A stretch of 64,000 bases of DNA, taken from NCBI RefSeq assembly GCF_964204645.1, contig NC_134034.1, forward strand, positions 5,740,914-5,804,913, given 5' to 3'. This stretch comes from Tubulanus polymorphus. Lineage: Eukaryota > Animalia > Nemertea. The notes beneath the pieces are model-generated. The model was not told the origin of the DNA. It saw only the letters and a program-made list of their open reading frames with translations, and did no database searches. Made by a program: the position numbers and the translations under genes. Positions 61,844-64,000 of the stretch are shown piece after piece (position 1 is the first letter of the stretch; each line of letters starts with the position of its first letter).

Positions 61844-62585
61844 ACCTAAAGTCTATTTATTTTTGATTGTCCTCGATCTTTTTGGGATATTTCGCTTAAT
61901 TTTGGGTGTGCATAGCTCAAATAGGTCTTAATCGAATCAGTAGAGTTGTGCAGTCCAGATAAATCGTCGTTTTTATATCCATTTTGTACCAAGTTGAAGG
62001 ATCGATGAATATTCTCGAAAATTGAGCTTTAAATCGGCAAGAGAGACTGCCATTTTGTTCCAGTTTGTTTACTTCTTTATGCAAATGAGCAGTGTGTACC
62101 ATGTGATCTGGGTAAGTTTATTTTTTATGGGGAGAGTACTTTGCTCGCACAAGTTTTACAACACGGGTACGGCCGCAATGGTTGCGCTATCATAGGCCTA
62201 AATCATTTCCAAACTGCTTTGTTTTTATAGCTTTGACAAAGCCATGTTTATTTACTAAAACAGCGTTCTAGGGTAATATTGTGAGTCCTTGATTGGTCTC
62301 TTGGCGACAAAAAGCTGCTTCATACTCCATGATATAATTGACATATCCTCGCCTCATTGCGCATGTGTGCAATGCCTCATTTGCATAGAGAAATAAGCAA
62401 AAACGAAACAAATGGCGGTCTTTCTCGCCGATCTAAAGCTCAATTTTCAGGAATATTCATCAATCCTTCAAAACAGTGTAAAATAGATATAAAAACGATG
62501 ATTTATCTGGACTGCACAATGACTGAACAGATTCGATTAAGACCTAAAAAGATCGTGGACAATCAAAAATAAATGGACTTTAGGT
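61844..62585. mobile_element. Foldback-type element with ~220-260-bp inverted arms
   Basis: 61844-62100 pairs imperfectly with 62360-62585 (ACCTAAAGTC.ATTTATTTTTGATTGTCC...). Confidence 0.85.
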
Positions 62586-62646
62586 TAAAAATTGCTAGCT
62601 AAATGCTAGCTAAATAGTATATAATAGTTAAAACCTGATAGGCCTA

Positions 62647-63125
62647 CAGTAGAACTGGCGTAAGTCGGACAGCTTTAAGTCGGCCCAAATTCCAAGGTCC
62701 TGTTTTTTTAGGTTCATTTTCCTATCAAAATCTGTCCCAAAGTCGGATTCTAGAGGTGGGAAATTCGGCTAAAATATATATTACGAATGTTTCAATTCAA
62801 TGAATTTTTCAATCCCTCAGTTTGACAGCTAATTTCAATTATTTAAAAAAAGATTGTTACTGGCACGCAGCGTCTAGGCATATGTGTACTGGTAGACGAT
62901 TTTTAAGTCGACGGACGCATGTTTAACGCATGTTTACAATAGTAGTCTGCTATAGAATAGAGTATTGACCCATGTCACTCATTGGTTAAGGTTTAGGGTC
63001 TAATTCTGTATTTAATTCGGATTTTTCTTAGAAAACTCCCAAAATCCGACTTACCCATAATCGGAATTTTTCTAGGTTGGAACTTTTCCGTGGTCCCAAC
63101 GTGTCCGACAACGCCAGTTCTACTG
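62647..63125. mobile_element. Tc1/mariner (pogo-like) MITE, TA TSD
   Basis: TA|CAGTAGAACTGGCGT..GTCGGACA ... TGTCCGACAACGCCAGTTCTACTG|TA. Confidence 0.85.
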
Positions 63126-64000
63126 TAAGAAACTCTCTCAAATTCAATTCAACTTTATGTTGGGTGAAAGGACTCATCTAGAATAGGGCTTAACACGACA
63201 GAAGAGCCTTCTTTCAATGAAAAGCTGCCTGAAAACATTCTGTCGCAAACTGAACATTTTGAAGAATCCCAAATACTTGTATCTTGGGTCTTTAAGCAAC
63301 CAACTTGAAAAATTGCCGATTTCGGCATTTTGTGAGAATAACTTACGTCTTCGACATTCAGCTCAACTACAAACTTCAAGTAGGGCCCTGTTTCTAAACT
63401 CTTGGATAAATTAATATGTCTAATTGATTCTTTGCATCACATAAGCCTTAAGTTAGAAGGAAAGTTAGTTTGGACACTTGGGGATGATAACAAGGCCTAT
63501 AGCCCACTTAAGATCATTGTTTAACTAATCTAGCTATCAAGACAATGCAGTTTAAAATGCCAAACCAATGGGTACACAGCAATTAAAGCTGTGATTATCA
63601 TCAAACAACACAATGCACTCACTCAGTCTCGCTACAATTTATGATGTACATTGAATGTTTTAAGAAAAGTCTTTTAAGCCTATCGCACATGGCGACTTTT
63701 TCGAGCAATTCTCGAGCAACCACCCCATTTGCTCGGTGTCGATCGAAAAAAATAGCATGTCTGTGGCAACGGGAGACAGCGATTCCTTGTTGTCGGAAGG
63801 ATTTGCTCCTCGTCACCCAGTATCAAACATGTTTGATATTGGGCGACGGAAAATCGCTCGGGAGTTACCCGCGTGCAGTAGCTGGAGACACCCAGTGACA
63901 AGCGACTCATCAACTAGCCAATGAGAGAGCGAATGATTATCATGTGATACTTCCAAATACCTCCGAGGCAGTAGCGCGACCATCTAGACAAATCACATGA

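Noticed and set aside
61917-62572. Two similar short ORFs on opposite strands
   Set aside because: They are mirror products of the foldback element's inverted arms.
63347-63387. AG...GTAAGT-bounded 41-nt candidate upstream Yurt exon
   Set aside because: The acceptor is weak and the peptide (PYLKFVVELNVED) does not resemble the expected FERM start (C.V.LLDG).

Overview
Eukaryotic, AT-rich, repeat-dense window from an invertebrate animal (probably a lophotrochozoan; this is inference). It holds two host genes, both on the minus strand. The first is an intronless CDK5 activator p35 gene (CDK5R1-like, 2761-4029). The second is 18 spliced exons (61291 down to 16530, 2958 nt, 985 aa, all splice phases consistent) of a FERM/FA-domain Yurt/Moe/EPB41L5 gene ending in the PDZ-binding motif TTEL; its first coding exon(s) appear to lie beyond the window. 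One Yurt intron holds a three-level nest. An apparently intact 6.1-kb DIRS1-type tyrosine-recombinase retrotransposon (gag, RT-RNaseH-MT, YR; ITRs and ICR; ATTA crossover core) sits inside a ~1-kb internally deleted piggyBac. That piggyBac sits in a Helentron-like (HINE) repeat whose empty-site paralog is also in the window. The most novel signal is a set of well-placed spliceosomal sites in the DIRS element: a leader intron, acceptors 7 and 10 nt upstream of the gag and pol ATGs, and a gag donor plus YR acceptor that would give an in-frame Gag-YR fusion. An older DIRS relic in another Yurt intron keeps the same leader donor. Many MITEs, HINE/Helentron copies, a tRNA-derived SINE and a LINE tail fill the rest. 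All coordinates were read by eye, so repeat boundaries are approximate.
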